64,000 nucleotides of DNA from Hydrolagus colliei. Taxonomy: Eukaryota. Positions 36,801 through 48,900 of the stretch are shown here, one piece after another. Positions within the stretch are counted from its first letter, which is position 1. Every line of letters begins with the position of its first letter. Below the pieces are notes generated by a model, which saw only the letters and a program-made list of their open reading frames with translations, was not told the origin of the DNA and searched no databases. The translations under genes and the position numbers were made by a program. The stretch covers positions 23,560,001 through 23,624,000 of the forward strand of contig CM068747.1 in assembly GCA_035084275.1 (NCBI GenBank). Reading direction: 5' to 3'.

Positions 36801-38073
36801 AGTACACTGCTGAGGAAGCTCACAGTTGCCCTCGATAATGAGAGTGTGTGTCTGTCTGTGTCTGTGCGAAAAAACCTTTCAAGAAGAAAAAAAAAGTTGA
36901 AGAAATGACAAAAGTGTTTTTCGAGTCAATGCAAACATGTGGCCTCAGAATAATTGACCTGCTATTAAACCTTAGTTTGGTTGAAACTCTAATGCCTGCA
37001 TAATTCAGAAGTGTTTCCAAACATCTCGAATGACGCACTAGATGAAGAGTTCAATACAATAGGATGTTAATATCAATTTAATGTGGTAACCAGCGGTGCT
37101 GGTTAATAAAATACAGAGAACTGTTTAGTTACAGTCCAGAAGGGATACTTGTTATTAAAACCATTCATCTTTTTAAGAATCTCTGTCGAGAAAAAAAATC
37201 TCTTCCACCTGACCATGTTGGGGTTTATTTTGTACTTCATATTAATTTAATGAAAGCCTTTGGTGCATCCGTTCAAATGGACTCTCGAGTGAAAAAAAAT
37301 CAAAGCTAAATCAGAAATTTGTGCCAAAAAAAGCAAACACAATGATTTGTTGGATAATAATATCAAATAATAATTTGACTTTACCGTGTTTATTACCTTG
37401 GAGATGGAGCAACAATAATCTTAAAGCTATAAAATATGCAAATGCTGACTTTAAGTATCATAACAAATTATTGTTGGCTTTGATTGCTTTTATGAGATAG
37501 ATATTGTACACAAGAACGTAGACATGCAGAGCTGAAAATTCCACCTAGTCCTAGCCTGTTAGATCATTGAATGTTAACAGTTAAGGTTGTGGAGAATTGT
37601 GAAAAAAATTATTTTTCAAGAACTGTAACTCAAAACCAGCTTCCAAATTGAAATTTAATTTAAAATTTCTGCATTAAAGAGGTCAACAAACATGATACAG
37701 CTTCCTCCAGAATCAGTCTATCCAATTTTACAGGATAATCCAATTCCGACAGATTGCTTTGGATTTAACATTCCATTTTTAATATATTTTCTGATGATAC
37801 AGACAACCTCTTCTCAATCCATTGTAAGGCAGAAATTTTAACATGAAACAAACTGAAAACAACCCAATGTCATAGTAAATTGTGAGTTATTGTACTCTAG
37901 CCTTACTGCAATGTAAATTGTTCTTGTCTTATGTGCCAATGAACAACTTAAACTCGGCTTATTAAATACTTATGGATACTTATGCTATGACCAACAAATT
38001 AATATAGCTGAATAAAAAGCATCATCTAAGAAATAAGAAACAAAATTCAAATAATAAATGATACTTGCTACGT

Positions 38074-38453
38074 GGAGTCCTGTAGCTCAGTTGTTAGAGG
38101 CACTTGCCTCGCAAGCGAGAGACCTGGGTTCTATTCATGGCAGGGAGAAACGTTGGGCAAGTTTCTTTACTCCGCAAGCCTGTGTTTACCTAGCAGTAAG
38201 TAGGAACCCTGTTGTTAGTTGATCAGCAGATCACTTTTCCAGGGATAATAATCCCTCATAAAAAAGTTTAAATAATAATTTCAGCACTAAGTCCACGACT
38301 GTTTGTGGGACACTCCTGTGTGCAATTGGCTGCCGCGTTTTGCCCCAAAATATACAATCAATTACTTTACAGTATATTCTGTGAAGCTCTTTGAGAGTTC
38401 GAGAAGATGTGAAAAGCACTATATCAAATGCAAGGATTATTATTATTATTAAT
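38074..38453 (+). mobile_element. tRNA-derived SINE, long variant
   Basis: Head GGAGTCCTGTAGCTCAG, core and (TTA)n tail as in 6249-6549, plus an internal segment of about 60 bp. Confidence 0.85.
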
Positions 38454-38699
38454 AATTGTAGGCAAACAAGGCGGACTATTTCCACAAATGGCCATGAATT
38501 ATTGAACGATTTTACCCTTGAGCATTGTTGGACAGTACATTGGGAGAAATTCCTTAATCGTGCATCATCAAAGTAATTAACAGACAACCTGCAGTAAGTC
38601 ACCTACATCAAGTGAGCAAATTGTGACGTTGCTAATGGAAATTTATGAAAGTGACTAATTTCTTACAACTCTGCCACAAGGTGACTACGGGCCCTGAAT

Positions 38700-38975
38700 C
38701 AATATTCTGAGATGTTGATCGAGGTCAACCAGTCTGCCTGTTCAGGTGGATGTTAAAGATCCCATGGCACTAATCGAAAAGCGAATGGAAATTTCTCCCA
38801 GTGTCCTGGCCAACAGCCACCCAAACAAAATAGTCTGTTTTGTGGGTCATTGCTGTGGGCAAGCTGGCTGCGCGTTCATGCACATATACACTCTACTACA
38901 CAGTAAATCCTGTGAAGTGCTTTAGGACGTCCTCCCAAAGCGAAAGGCACTGTAGCAAATGAGAAGAGTATTATT
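38700..38975 (+). mobile_element. Deu-domain SINE (SacSINE1/AmnSINE1-like)
   Basis: CAGGTGGATGTTAAAGATCCCATGGCACTAATCGAA...TTCTCCCAGTGTCCTGGCCAA...CTGTTTTGTGGGTCATTGCTGTG matches the Deu-domain consensus as recalled; another piece lies at 49790-49900(-). Confidence 0.7.
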
Positions 38976-41900
38976 GATAGTAATGGTAATTATTCATTTT
39001 GTATTCACCAATATGTAATCAGTGGGCAACAAATCAAGATGCTACAATTTTTGTGGCAAGCAATGCAGAATGAACAAAGCTTGCTTCACTTTGGACGTAA
39101 CAAACCTAATAAATTACTCTTTGTGAACCCGATGGTTGCAACATTTATTCCGCGACCTTGCTCATTAGATTATCATGGATTTCTTCGACCAATGGAAGGA
39201 CGTTATTAAAGAGCAAGGTTCAGCTACTCTATGGAAAACTGCATGTGCCAGGACTGGTTTGCCAATCAGAATGAAATCTGTTGGTTAATCGATGTTTTTA
39301 TCTGTGCTGTAAAATTTTGGAAAAGATAAATAATCTCAGATGAAAAATCGAATTTGTTTTCATCTGGAAAGCTATGGCTCATTCTCTGCATTTTTACTCA
39401 AATAGTAAGCAGAATTAGCTGGTGAAATGGCTTGTTTTTAACATAATGATGTATTCCTTCACATTTCAAAGCATTCATTGCCGCTGGCACATCTAACACT
39501 AAGCCAAAAGCTGCTGGAAGGAATAACTTCAATTTACATTTCTAACATTCAAATAAACCCCTTAAAATGTAACAAAAATCAAACGGGGGCCAAGGTTGCT
39601 TTATGCCATTTTATAGAGAGATTTTACCAATAGCTCAATTTGTATGTTTTCGTTTCATTCTTTAGCAGAAATGTAGCATTACAAGTTTGCATTAGGAAAT
39701 GTGCACAATGTTGTAAAGATAAGGTCAACTCAAGTAATGCCTCAAATAGGATTTTCGTTTAACGCAAGTACTGTATAAATGTCTTTAATACAAAGAAACA
39801 CCACAATATAACATTTACAGTCCACATTAAATTCTAAGCATCTCATCATAAAATTCCATGTTGATTCCTAAATACAACTACTGCCCTTTAAATGGTTTAA
39901 CACGAAACGTTCCGCACGCAAGTCAAAACCCACGATTGCTCTCAACTGATTTTAACTACCGGTAATTAAAAGAGATTTTATTTAGTAATGTTGGCATAAC
40001 CAATGACTGTATTACTTTATTCTTTGCCAAAGTTGCCTCTGGCAATTGCCACTGCCATTTATCACTGACTGTATGTTAAATAATAAAAAAATAATCTTTG
40101 CAAATGAAGGAGCATCTATAGCCGCAAAGCAGCTCAAAGTGCTCACCTCATCAGGTAGACAATGCATTATCTTAACATCAACAGCTTCTCCAACAAAATA
40201 TACAGTCAATTCACTTTACAGTATGTGCGAAGTGCTTTGAGACGTCCAGAAGACACTTTTCACCTCTTCTAGACGTCTTGAAGTGCGTCACAGAACACAC
40301 TGTAAAGTTTGTGAGTGAAACTCAACAGCCAATTGGGGACAGCAGTATCCCACAAACAGTCGTGGATTGAAATGACCAATCTTATTATTGTGTTTTTTTT
40401 GGGGAGGGATTATTATGTAAATGCAACCATTTGCTACCACTGAACCCAGCGGGTTGACATTGAGGAGGGGAAATGATGAGGCTTGGTTGGCAAAGATCTT
40501 GTTCCTTCCAGGATCTCTGATCAGAAGGTTTGGAGGTGTGTGCACACAAATACTTCCACGTGTTACCTCTTGTTCCAGATTCAACGCAATAGATTTCTTC
40601 CACCCACAAAACAGAATACTAAATACTGTATAATAAAATCACAAGTAAATGTGTGTATTTTTTGAGAGCAAAAACAATATATATCCACTGTGTTGCTTCG
40701 TGCTTCCCTTATTTTGCCACACGGGATTGACAGTGTAGCGGGTTGAACAGCAGATGTTGCCAGCATACTACAGTGCATGTTACCGGTACTTATTTATGCA
40801 CCAATTTAGTAATAATCAGATTAATGGGACTGTTGTTTATCTTAAATGATTGACTGTTGCTTTTTTTAAAAGTTTCTTTCAGCTAACACATCGAAGAGGG
40901 TCTCAAGAGGGTCTTCTGAGGTAACCAAGTAGATGTTTATTTAGAGCGACTTAAATCCTTTCCAACTGCGTTTCACGGCAAAGTTCACAGCTATGTGTGG
41001 GCGACACATTCCCTGAGAATTCGCTCATTAACCAGCCTTTCATCTGGTTAATGAGCCTCCTCTGTCATATCGTCCTTCTCAAAGTTCTTGCTGTGGTATT
41101 ATAATGCAGAGTAATATGTGTTGGGTGTTTTGGGCACTGTAGTGTCTGATAGAAGCAAACAGAATGTGCTATGAGTAGAAGGATTTTTATTTCAGACTGA
41201 GGCAGGGGGACAGTTCTATTCAAACTAAATTTCTGGTAGAAACCAATAAGGAACCAATTCACGCAACATGTTGCCAGCCCAACTAGCACATAATTAGTAA
41301 GATCCCACGAGTATTTGTACAGGCTAGTCTGTTCCAAGACTCATTCAGTTTTCTGGATCATCACCACGAAAAACAAAACAATTAAAATGTGAAACTCTCA
41401 ACTCTCAACGGGTTAAATAGTTAAAGCATGTGCATTCTACCCAAATGAAGGAGAATTGTATCATCTAAACTTTCTCTCATTGACTGTAGTGCAAGTTTGG
41501 AGTTTTGAGGTCTCTGGAATAGAACCTGGCGAGTGCTAAAAGCATTCAGCCTTCAGTTTATGTAAGAATGGAATATCTTTCAGTTGGTTATGTACAACTT
41601 AATTGAAAATAATACAAGTTATTGTACTTAGCTAAACGCCCTTGGAATTTCTACAAGGGTACTTCTGTATATTTGTTCAATCAAAACATTGTATTAGTTT
41701 CAATTTAAATAATTAACACAGAAGTAAAGTTAAATATTACTAAGGTGTACAGTTTGGTATTATAAAATTACCTACGTGTAGTCACTCTACAGTAAATTCC
41801 TGTAAAGCACTTTGACAAGTCCTTCCAATATGAAAGGTGCTGTAATCAAAATGTGAGGATTATTATTATTATTCTTGTATCCTGTATCTGGTTCATCTTT

Positions 41901-43463
41901 AAGGCATGTATTTAATTGAATATCTTAGTTAAAATATGGCTGAATAACACAAAACAATTTACTAAAATTCTAGACAACAAATAAGTACAGGTTATTCCAT
42001 TTATGTGGCACCTTTCACATAGGGTATTAGTTGTGCTTAACAGCAATGGTGCCATCTACCAAACAGGGAAGTGAGCGTTAACAGTTATCTCAGGGTTCTG
42101 CAGGCTAGTGACAAATCAAATAAACTTTCTGAAGAAGCAATTGAAATATTACAATTGCTATCATCTCTTCCACTGTTTCCTATTCTCCATGTAAATACTC
42201 AGACCTACCCCTGGTGGCTCAACAAGTAAAACCACAAGTTATGTATGAAATTCTTCCAGAAAGTGTTAACAGATCTCAGCTGCAGCTCAGCTGGTTTGGG
42301 AGGGAAGCGATGGAACTGTAACCCAGCATGAATTAGCGTCTTCAAGGGAAAATTGTAGGGGACGGAAGACACTTTCTTTTTTTTAAAAAAATCACTCATA
42401 TTTTCATCAAACAAGTCTACATTCGCCTGCCTAGAGAGGGAAAAGTGATAAATTGAACATCCCATGCATTTAACATGAGAAAGGCCACGCATTCTAACTG
42501 CTTTTTACACTAAAGTAGTTAGAGAATCAACAGCAATAACAACTTGCTCTTATACAATGCCCTCCACTCCGGGGGGCTAATCAGAATGCTTAAAATCCAA
42601 CATTACTTTACATATTCATTGGGCATTAGTGGCAGAATCACCAGTGCTAAAGCCACTGCTGATTAGCTGGATATATATATATATATATAATTCATATGGA
42701 ACAATCCTGTTTAAAAATACCGAGTTACTGCACTAAAAGGGCTGCCACTTGCAGGATGGACAATCTGAGGCTACAGCTGTGCAGTACTTTTCCACTCTCC
42801 TGTGACCTGAGTCAGGCAGTGCGTGTGGTTCAAGTACAGATGTGATCGCAACCTTATTGTACCTCACTCTCCAACCAACCCAGCGATAACAACAGCAACA
42901 GCAACTTGCATTTCTACAGTAAGGTTAAACAAGTTTAGTGAATTTGCAAATTTAATAATAATAATAATAATAATTCTTGCATTCGATACAGCGCCTTTTC
43001 ATGTCTTCAGGACGTGCTAAAGCGTTTCACAGAGTATACTGTAAAGTGAGGCGACTGTATATTTTCTAGGCAAAACTCCCGCAATAAGGCTTACTAGATG
43101 TGACGATTCAGCCACTGTGAATACATTCCTTTTTTTTTAAACATCTCTTAATATTTATTGTTAATGGTTAGTAAGGGAGTGAGCATTCCATTCCAGACAC
43201 AGGGAAGTTTCCACGCATGAGTGGACACATGTGGGGAGCTCTCAGGGCTAGTGTATAAAAACTATACTATTAATTATGCAGGATATTACAGATATCATTG
43301 AATGATAACATTTTACTAAATTTGACAGAAGATTACACCTGTTTAGTCTATTGCGATTCTTACCCATTCTGCACATACATTTTGTCACTAACGTGACCGG
43401 ACAATTGCTAAACCCAAACGCCGCCTGAAGTTATAACTCAAGTCTTTGTCTTTTCTTGAGTAG

Positions 43464-43622
43464 GACAGTCGCTTCAAGGACGAAATCGATAAGTTGACGG
43501 GATACAAGACTAAGTCGCTTTTGTGTATGCCGATTCGAAACAGCGATGGTGAAGTCATTGGCGTTGCTCAAGCTATAAACAAAAACCCTGGAAGAGCTCC
43601 ATTCACCGAGGATGATGAAAAG
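43464..43622 (+). CDS. pde11a: PDE11A coding exon 2 (GAF-A, NKFDE motif)
   Basis: TTTTCTTGAGTAG| [53 protein letters not shown] |GTTGGA; 159 nt, phase 0/0. The next exon (VMQMYLPFCG-like) was not found in the window. Confidence 0.96.
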
Positions 43623-45468
43623 GTTGGATTTGGTTTTATGTTGATCTATCGCTTGTCTGGTGAAGTGAAGGCAAGTTAAGCTACATTAGTTGACCTTGAT
43701 GTTTGTGATGGTTTCACTTACGAAACTAAAGACTATAATGTAAACTATATTGTCAGCCAGACCCATATTTACGCTACCAGAGTTAGGAGGAATGATCACA
43801 CAGAGGAATCCTGTGTTGTCTCATTGCCCCCGCAAAGGTTTAAGGTAAATCTGCTGCAAATGTAGGACAAGTTCCAGAAAAACTTGAAGCGTCCAACGTC
43901 TGGAAGTGATTGTTGAGGGGCTGCGTGATGCTCTCTCATTGTTGGAAATTATTTGAAACCCGCATCTTGAGTTTGCTTCAAATCACATGTTTATTAATGG
44001 AAAGGCATTGAGGTTCCAAACAGAAAAGTGGATAAATATGCTCAGGCGCTGATACCAGTGAGAACACTTTGAAGTCCACTCAGATTTTAGGCTATTTACC
44101 ACAGTACCCAGTGGTATAATTACTGGCACAGACGGGAGGTGATTTAATTTGCGCTAAGCGGTAACTAGCACTAAGTGGAGAGGGAGAGTGTTCCGAGTAG
44201 CTTAAACCTTTTAAAACGGGCTATTTGTTATAAAGTACATTGCTATGAGATGGTTGGACAATGGCTGTCTGCTTGTGATATTACTTTTGAGGAGTAATAT
44301 GATGTATGAGAAATATAAAGTCCCTTAATGGACTGCCGTATGTTGCAGTGCCTTAATTAGCAGAACATCTTGAAAATATCATGCTAATTAGAACGTGACA
44401 TTATAATAATACATAAGATTTTACCCACTGCGTTTTCAAGTTTGGGAGCAGCTGTTTCTTTAAAGGCTTTGTGTTGAAACAAGTATAGTATGCCCACAAG
44501 GACAGCTGAAGGCATTAACAATCTGAGGCTAATAGGATGTTTTGTTCAAAATGATGTTTATAGAAATCTGGTATCTCTGCCATATTCGATTGTGTGGATT
44601 TGGGCAGGAAGAGCAAATTATACTGGAATAGTAAGATTTCTGGATAACAGTCGTGTGAATCTTTGCTGGATTATGCTGGGATGTTGCACATTGTAATTAA
44701 AGTGCATTGTATTAACCCTTCGCAATTGCAGTCATATTTCAATCCTCTTTTTTAAAAAAAAAAACATTTTTTACTGAGTATTCAGAGGAAATGGGAATTA
44801 AATCTATAGCTCGGTGATCTGTATTATGAAATACTCGTTTGTGTACCTTTTGTTGTGTGCAACTGGCTGCCACATTTTTGCTCACAAAATACACAATCAC
44901 TACAGTATATTCTGTAAAACGCCTTGAAACGTCTCAAAGACCTGGTAGGCGCTATATTGAATGCAAGGATTATTATCATTACGAAGATCATATTCTGTTT
45001 TTATAACACTTTTTATGTTTTGCAGTGGCTTATTAAAAGTAGCAAGTTCTAGGTTGAGGACGTGTGTGTTGCTAAAAGACTATACAAGATACAGCTATAC
45101 TGATAACAGTTAGCACAAGACAATGGCACAACAAAGCTGAGTAACTTTAAGAAAAAAAATTAATTGCCAAATGCACAAACCATTACGTAGACAATTACAG
45201 CTGCTTATGTGCCACAAATACCTTTACAAGTTGGAAAGAGACAATATGAAACATTCAATCAATACAAAGCTCATTAATGTTGTAAGGTACCTTTTGTTTT
45301 CTTGTCATTCAGACGTGTATGAGGTTTAGTTACACAAAGGGCTTGCCACCAACTTACATGAATAAAGTAAGAGATGAAATGTCTCAAAGCCAATTCCAAG
45401 GTAATCAGTACTTATAACGTATTAACGTAATGGATGTGTAACCTTTCTTTCTATTCCACTTTAAAAGT

Positions 45469-45910
45469 GGAATCCTATAGCTCAGTGGTTAGAGCATTTG
45501 CCTGGCAAATGAGAGACCTGGATTCAATTCCAGGCAGGGCGAAACCTTGGGCAAGTTCCCTTACTCCACACTCCTAATAATAATCCCCCAATAAAAATAA
45601 CAATAAATTGGTCACTTCAATCCACAACTGTTTGTGGGACATTGATGTGCACAATTGGCTTCCCGCGTTTCACCTGCAAACACACAGTCAATTCACTTTA
45701 CAGAATATTCTGTAAAGCACTTTGAGATGTCTAGAAGATGTGAAAAGCGCTATATCAAATGCAACAACAACAACAAAATTATATTTCTACAAATGCAAGG
45801 ATTCTTATTATTAGTAGTGGTATTGGTATATTAATTAACAGCGCCTTGGGACGTCCTCCCGACGTGAAAGGCGCTTTATAAGTTTAAGTTGTTGTTGTTG
45901 TTGTTGTAGT
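45469..45910 (+). mobile_element. tRNA-derived SINE followed by an L2 tail
   Basis: Full head, core and tail at 45469-45812; L2 tail GCGCCTTGGGACGTCCTCCCGACGTGAAAGGCGC...(TTG)n at 45840-45907. Confidence 0.85.
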
Positions 45911-48900
45911 CAGAGTGGGTGACCAAATACTGGTATGGGGCATGGTGTGGGGCATTTATATGCACTAACAATTCAGAGTGAGGTTTTGTAGATGTGCCTG
46001 ATATATGCTGAAAGTTCAATACATCCATCAATATTAGGAACAAGAAACCAGGCAACATAATATAGTATTTTAAAGGTATAAAAATTTAACAGAATTATTC
46101 TAAACACGTGAAATATACTAAAGAGGTAAACCCAGGGATTGATTTAGCTTACAGACTTATCAATGCATTCATTTCCCAGTAAATACATGTTAGCACATCT
46201 CAGGAATATCCATGAATCTCTGTTGTTTCATTCATGAAAGGTGGTCGCCAGGCGATATTTGCATCACCTTCCCAGTCATCGTACAAAACGACAACCTGCA
46301 ATTTTGCAAAGAAAAATGTCTCATTTTACTGATGGCAGAGAACCACAGAGGAACTGAGCTCATATTTTTAGAAAAATAATTACTGCTTGAAAGTGTAAAT
46401 AAAAAGGAGAGAGGCGGGGAATGACCCTGAACTGACCCACAGACTCTCCAGCAAATGATGGGCTGAGGTGTTTGACTGCAGTAGGTGTCACGTGTTAATA
46501 TTTGTGTGCAGTACATAAGCTGCTATGCGCTGTAACTGAATTGAACACAGTATTAGTGGAGGGTTTTTTCTTTCCGTCTTGTTTATATAAACACCACATT
46601 AGCAGAATCAAGATGGTACTGATGGTTATCCAGCGATGAGTGAAGCCCCAAAGCTCATCGTGCAGCAAGGATTATTTTCCTCTAACAATCTTGCTCCAGA
46701 ATTACGTGCCTTCAAAATCAACCTATATTACAAACAAATCCACGACTGTTTGTGGGACACTGCTGTGCACAATTGGCTGCCGCGTTATAGACGATTGTGC
46801 TGTGCACAATCGTCTATAAATATGCAGTCAATTCACTTTACAGTATATTCTGTGAAGCATTTTGAACGTCCAGAAGATGTAAAAAGCTCTATATCAAGTG
46901 TAGGTATTAATATTATCTTTAAAGGTATTTAAACATGCGTTGGATGTAACGTGAAAAGCGCTGTGTCAAATGCAAGAATTATATTAAATACCAGAGCTGA
47001 ATGAGCATTGTTCTGGCAGTGAAGTATTTGATTTCCATCTGAATTGTGATACTAAGGAGAGCGAAGCCAAGAAAACAGTGAAGGAAGTCTGTGTGTGTGT
47101 TTGTGTTTTGGGGATGGGGAGAGGATGAGGAGATGGTGAAGGGTGTGAAGGTCTTTCATTAACGTATTGCTGTTAAAAATAATGCTGCTGTACTTGGCTC
47201 GCTTGGGATTTTGAGTTCAACTATATAGGTGCGTTGGCCTTATGTTGGTTATTTGTGCAGTAAAAAAATTGTCAAATTCAACATTTGATCTAAAAAGTAA
47301 CCCCAAACAGGCTTCAGTCTAGTCTTACTAACACCGAGCACATCATATTAGCTTTATTTTGGGGAAAGCTTATCCCGCAACTCAAAGAAAGATACCCCAA
47401 AACTGTTACCATGGTGCTAATTAGCCCACTGTGTATTTTACAACAGGAAGCAATTAATCCTTACAATGATCGGGCACTTCATCACTTTCAAATCTTCAAA
47501 ATTCTGAGATCACACCATTTCCTGAGCAAAATCTTGGTCTATCATACTTTAAACACCGGTCCTGAGGAATATTTTTCTGGGGCAAAAATCCAGAGAGACT
47601 GCAGCATTGCCAGGTGTAAAAAAAATTGTTATGCGAATAAAAAAAAGCTAACAGTTTCGGGGAGGGTGCAAAGGTAGAGGGTGAGAAGAAAAAAATCACA
47701 GAGAAAATCAGTGCAAATTTCCTGTGATCTTTTGTATTTTTTTAAAAAAAGATAATTCGATCCCTGTTAGAAAGTGCAGGCCCCACACAACTGTGGTCTG
47801 ACGTCTCGTTCCTCTATCTCTGTAGTGGCGCTGGCTGCCAGATAAGCTAAATACACTCCATAGGCTCCCAAACACTCTCACAGACAGAGGAGAATGCAAT
47901 GAATGGTGCAACGGCAGTACACCTCTGTTTTCAGGGGATAACAGAAGAAGCAACAAACCGGTGAAGGAGCACGCTTTCACAACCACCAAAATAGCATCAC
48001 CGGGTGGCTTACATGACAGCAACCATCAGAGAAGCACAAACAATCTGGGCGACGATGCCACAACTTTCGCTGCACTTAAGTCGCTGGAGCTTTGGATCGT
48101 GGAGAGAGGGATTATGTTCCGGGCTTATGATCAGGATCCAATTCAACATCCTGGTCCTCCCATCCAAAACTCTCCATGGCCTCACCTGACCTCACATCCG
48201 CGACCTCCTAACCTCCCTACCAACCTGCTCGCCGCCCCTTCCGCTCAGCAGGCTCCGGCCTGCTCCATGCCCCCCGCCCCACCATTGGCAAGCAAGCCTT
48301 CAGCTACTGGAACTCCATCCCGCAGTCCCTCTGCCTTGCCCACTCCCTCCCTGGCCTCCTTCAAGTCCCGCCTCAAGATCCTCCTCTTTGACGGTCCCAT
48401 CGGTCACTCCAAATCCTCCCCTTTCCCTCCACCCTCCCTGTCCCCAGCTCGGGTCTGAAACAATGATTGTCCAACACCTTGGGACGTCCTCCTGACGTGA
48501 AAGGCGCTATACAAGTGTAATTTTGTTGTTGTTGTTGTCCTGAGAGAGGAGTGAAGTCTGTCTATCATGGAAATTGGGAAATTAGAGCAAAACTCCCCAA
48601 ATGAGTGAGAAATTGCTCCCGTCCTTGATTAATTTTAAAACAAAACCATTCCTGACAATATCGTGCTGTCACAGGTTACTCGCTGACTCCTATTCCAATC
48701 AGCAGAGAGCACCAGCCTGAGCTCTACACATGCAGGCACTTGAAGTTGAGATACAGATCAGCCACAATCTAATAGAACGGCAGAACAGGCTCAAGGGGCT
48801 GAATGGTCTACTCCATTTCTTGTGCTATCCACATTCAGCCATAGCTGTATGCTGCACCTTTTGATCCCCTCTAGGCATCTCATGGACAATGATATCTGTG

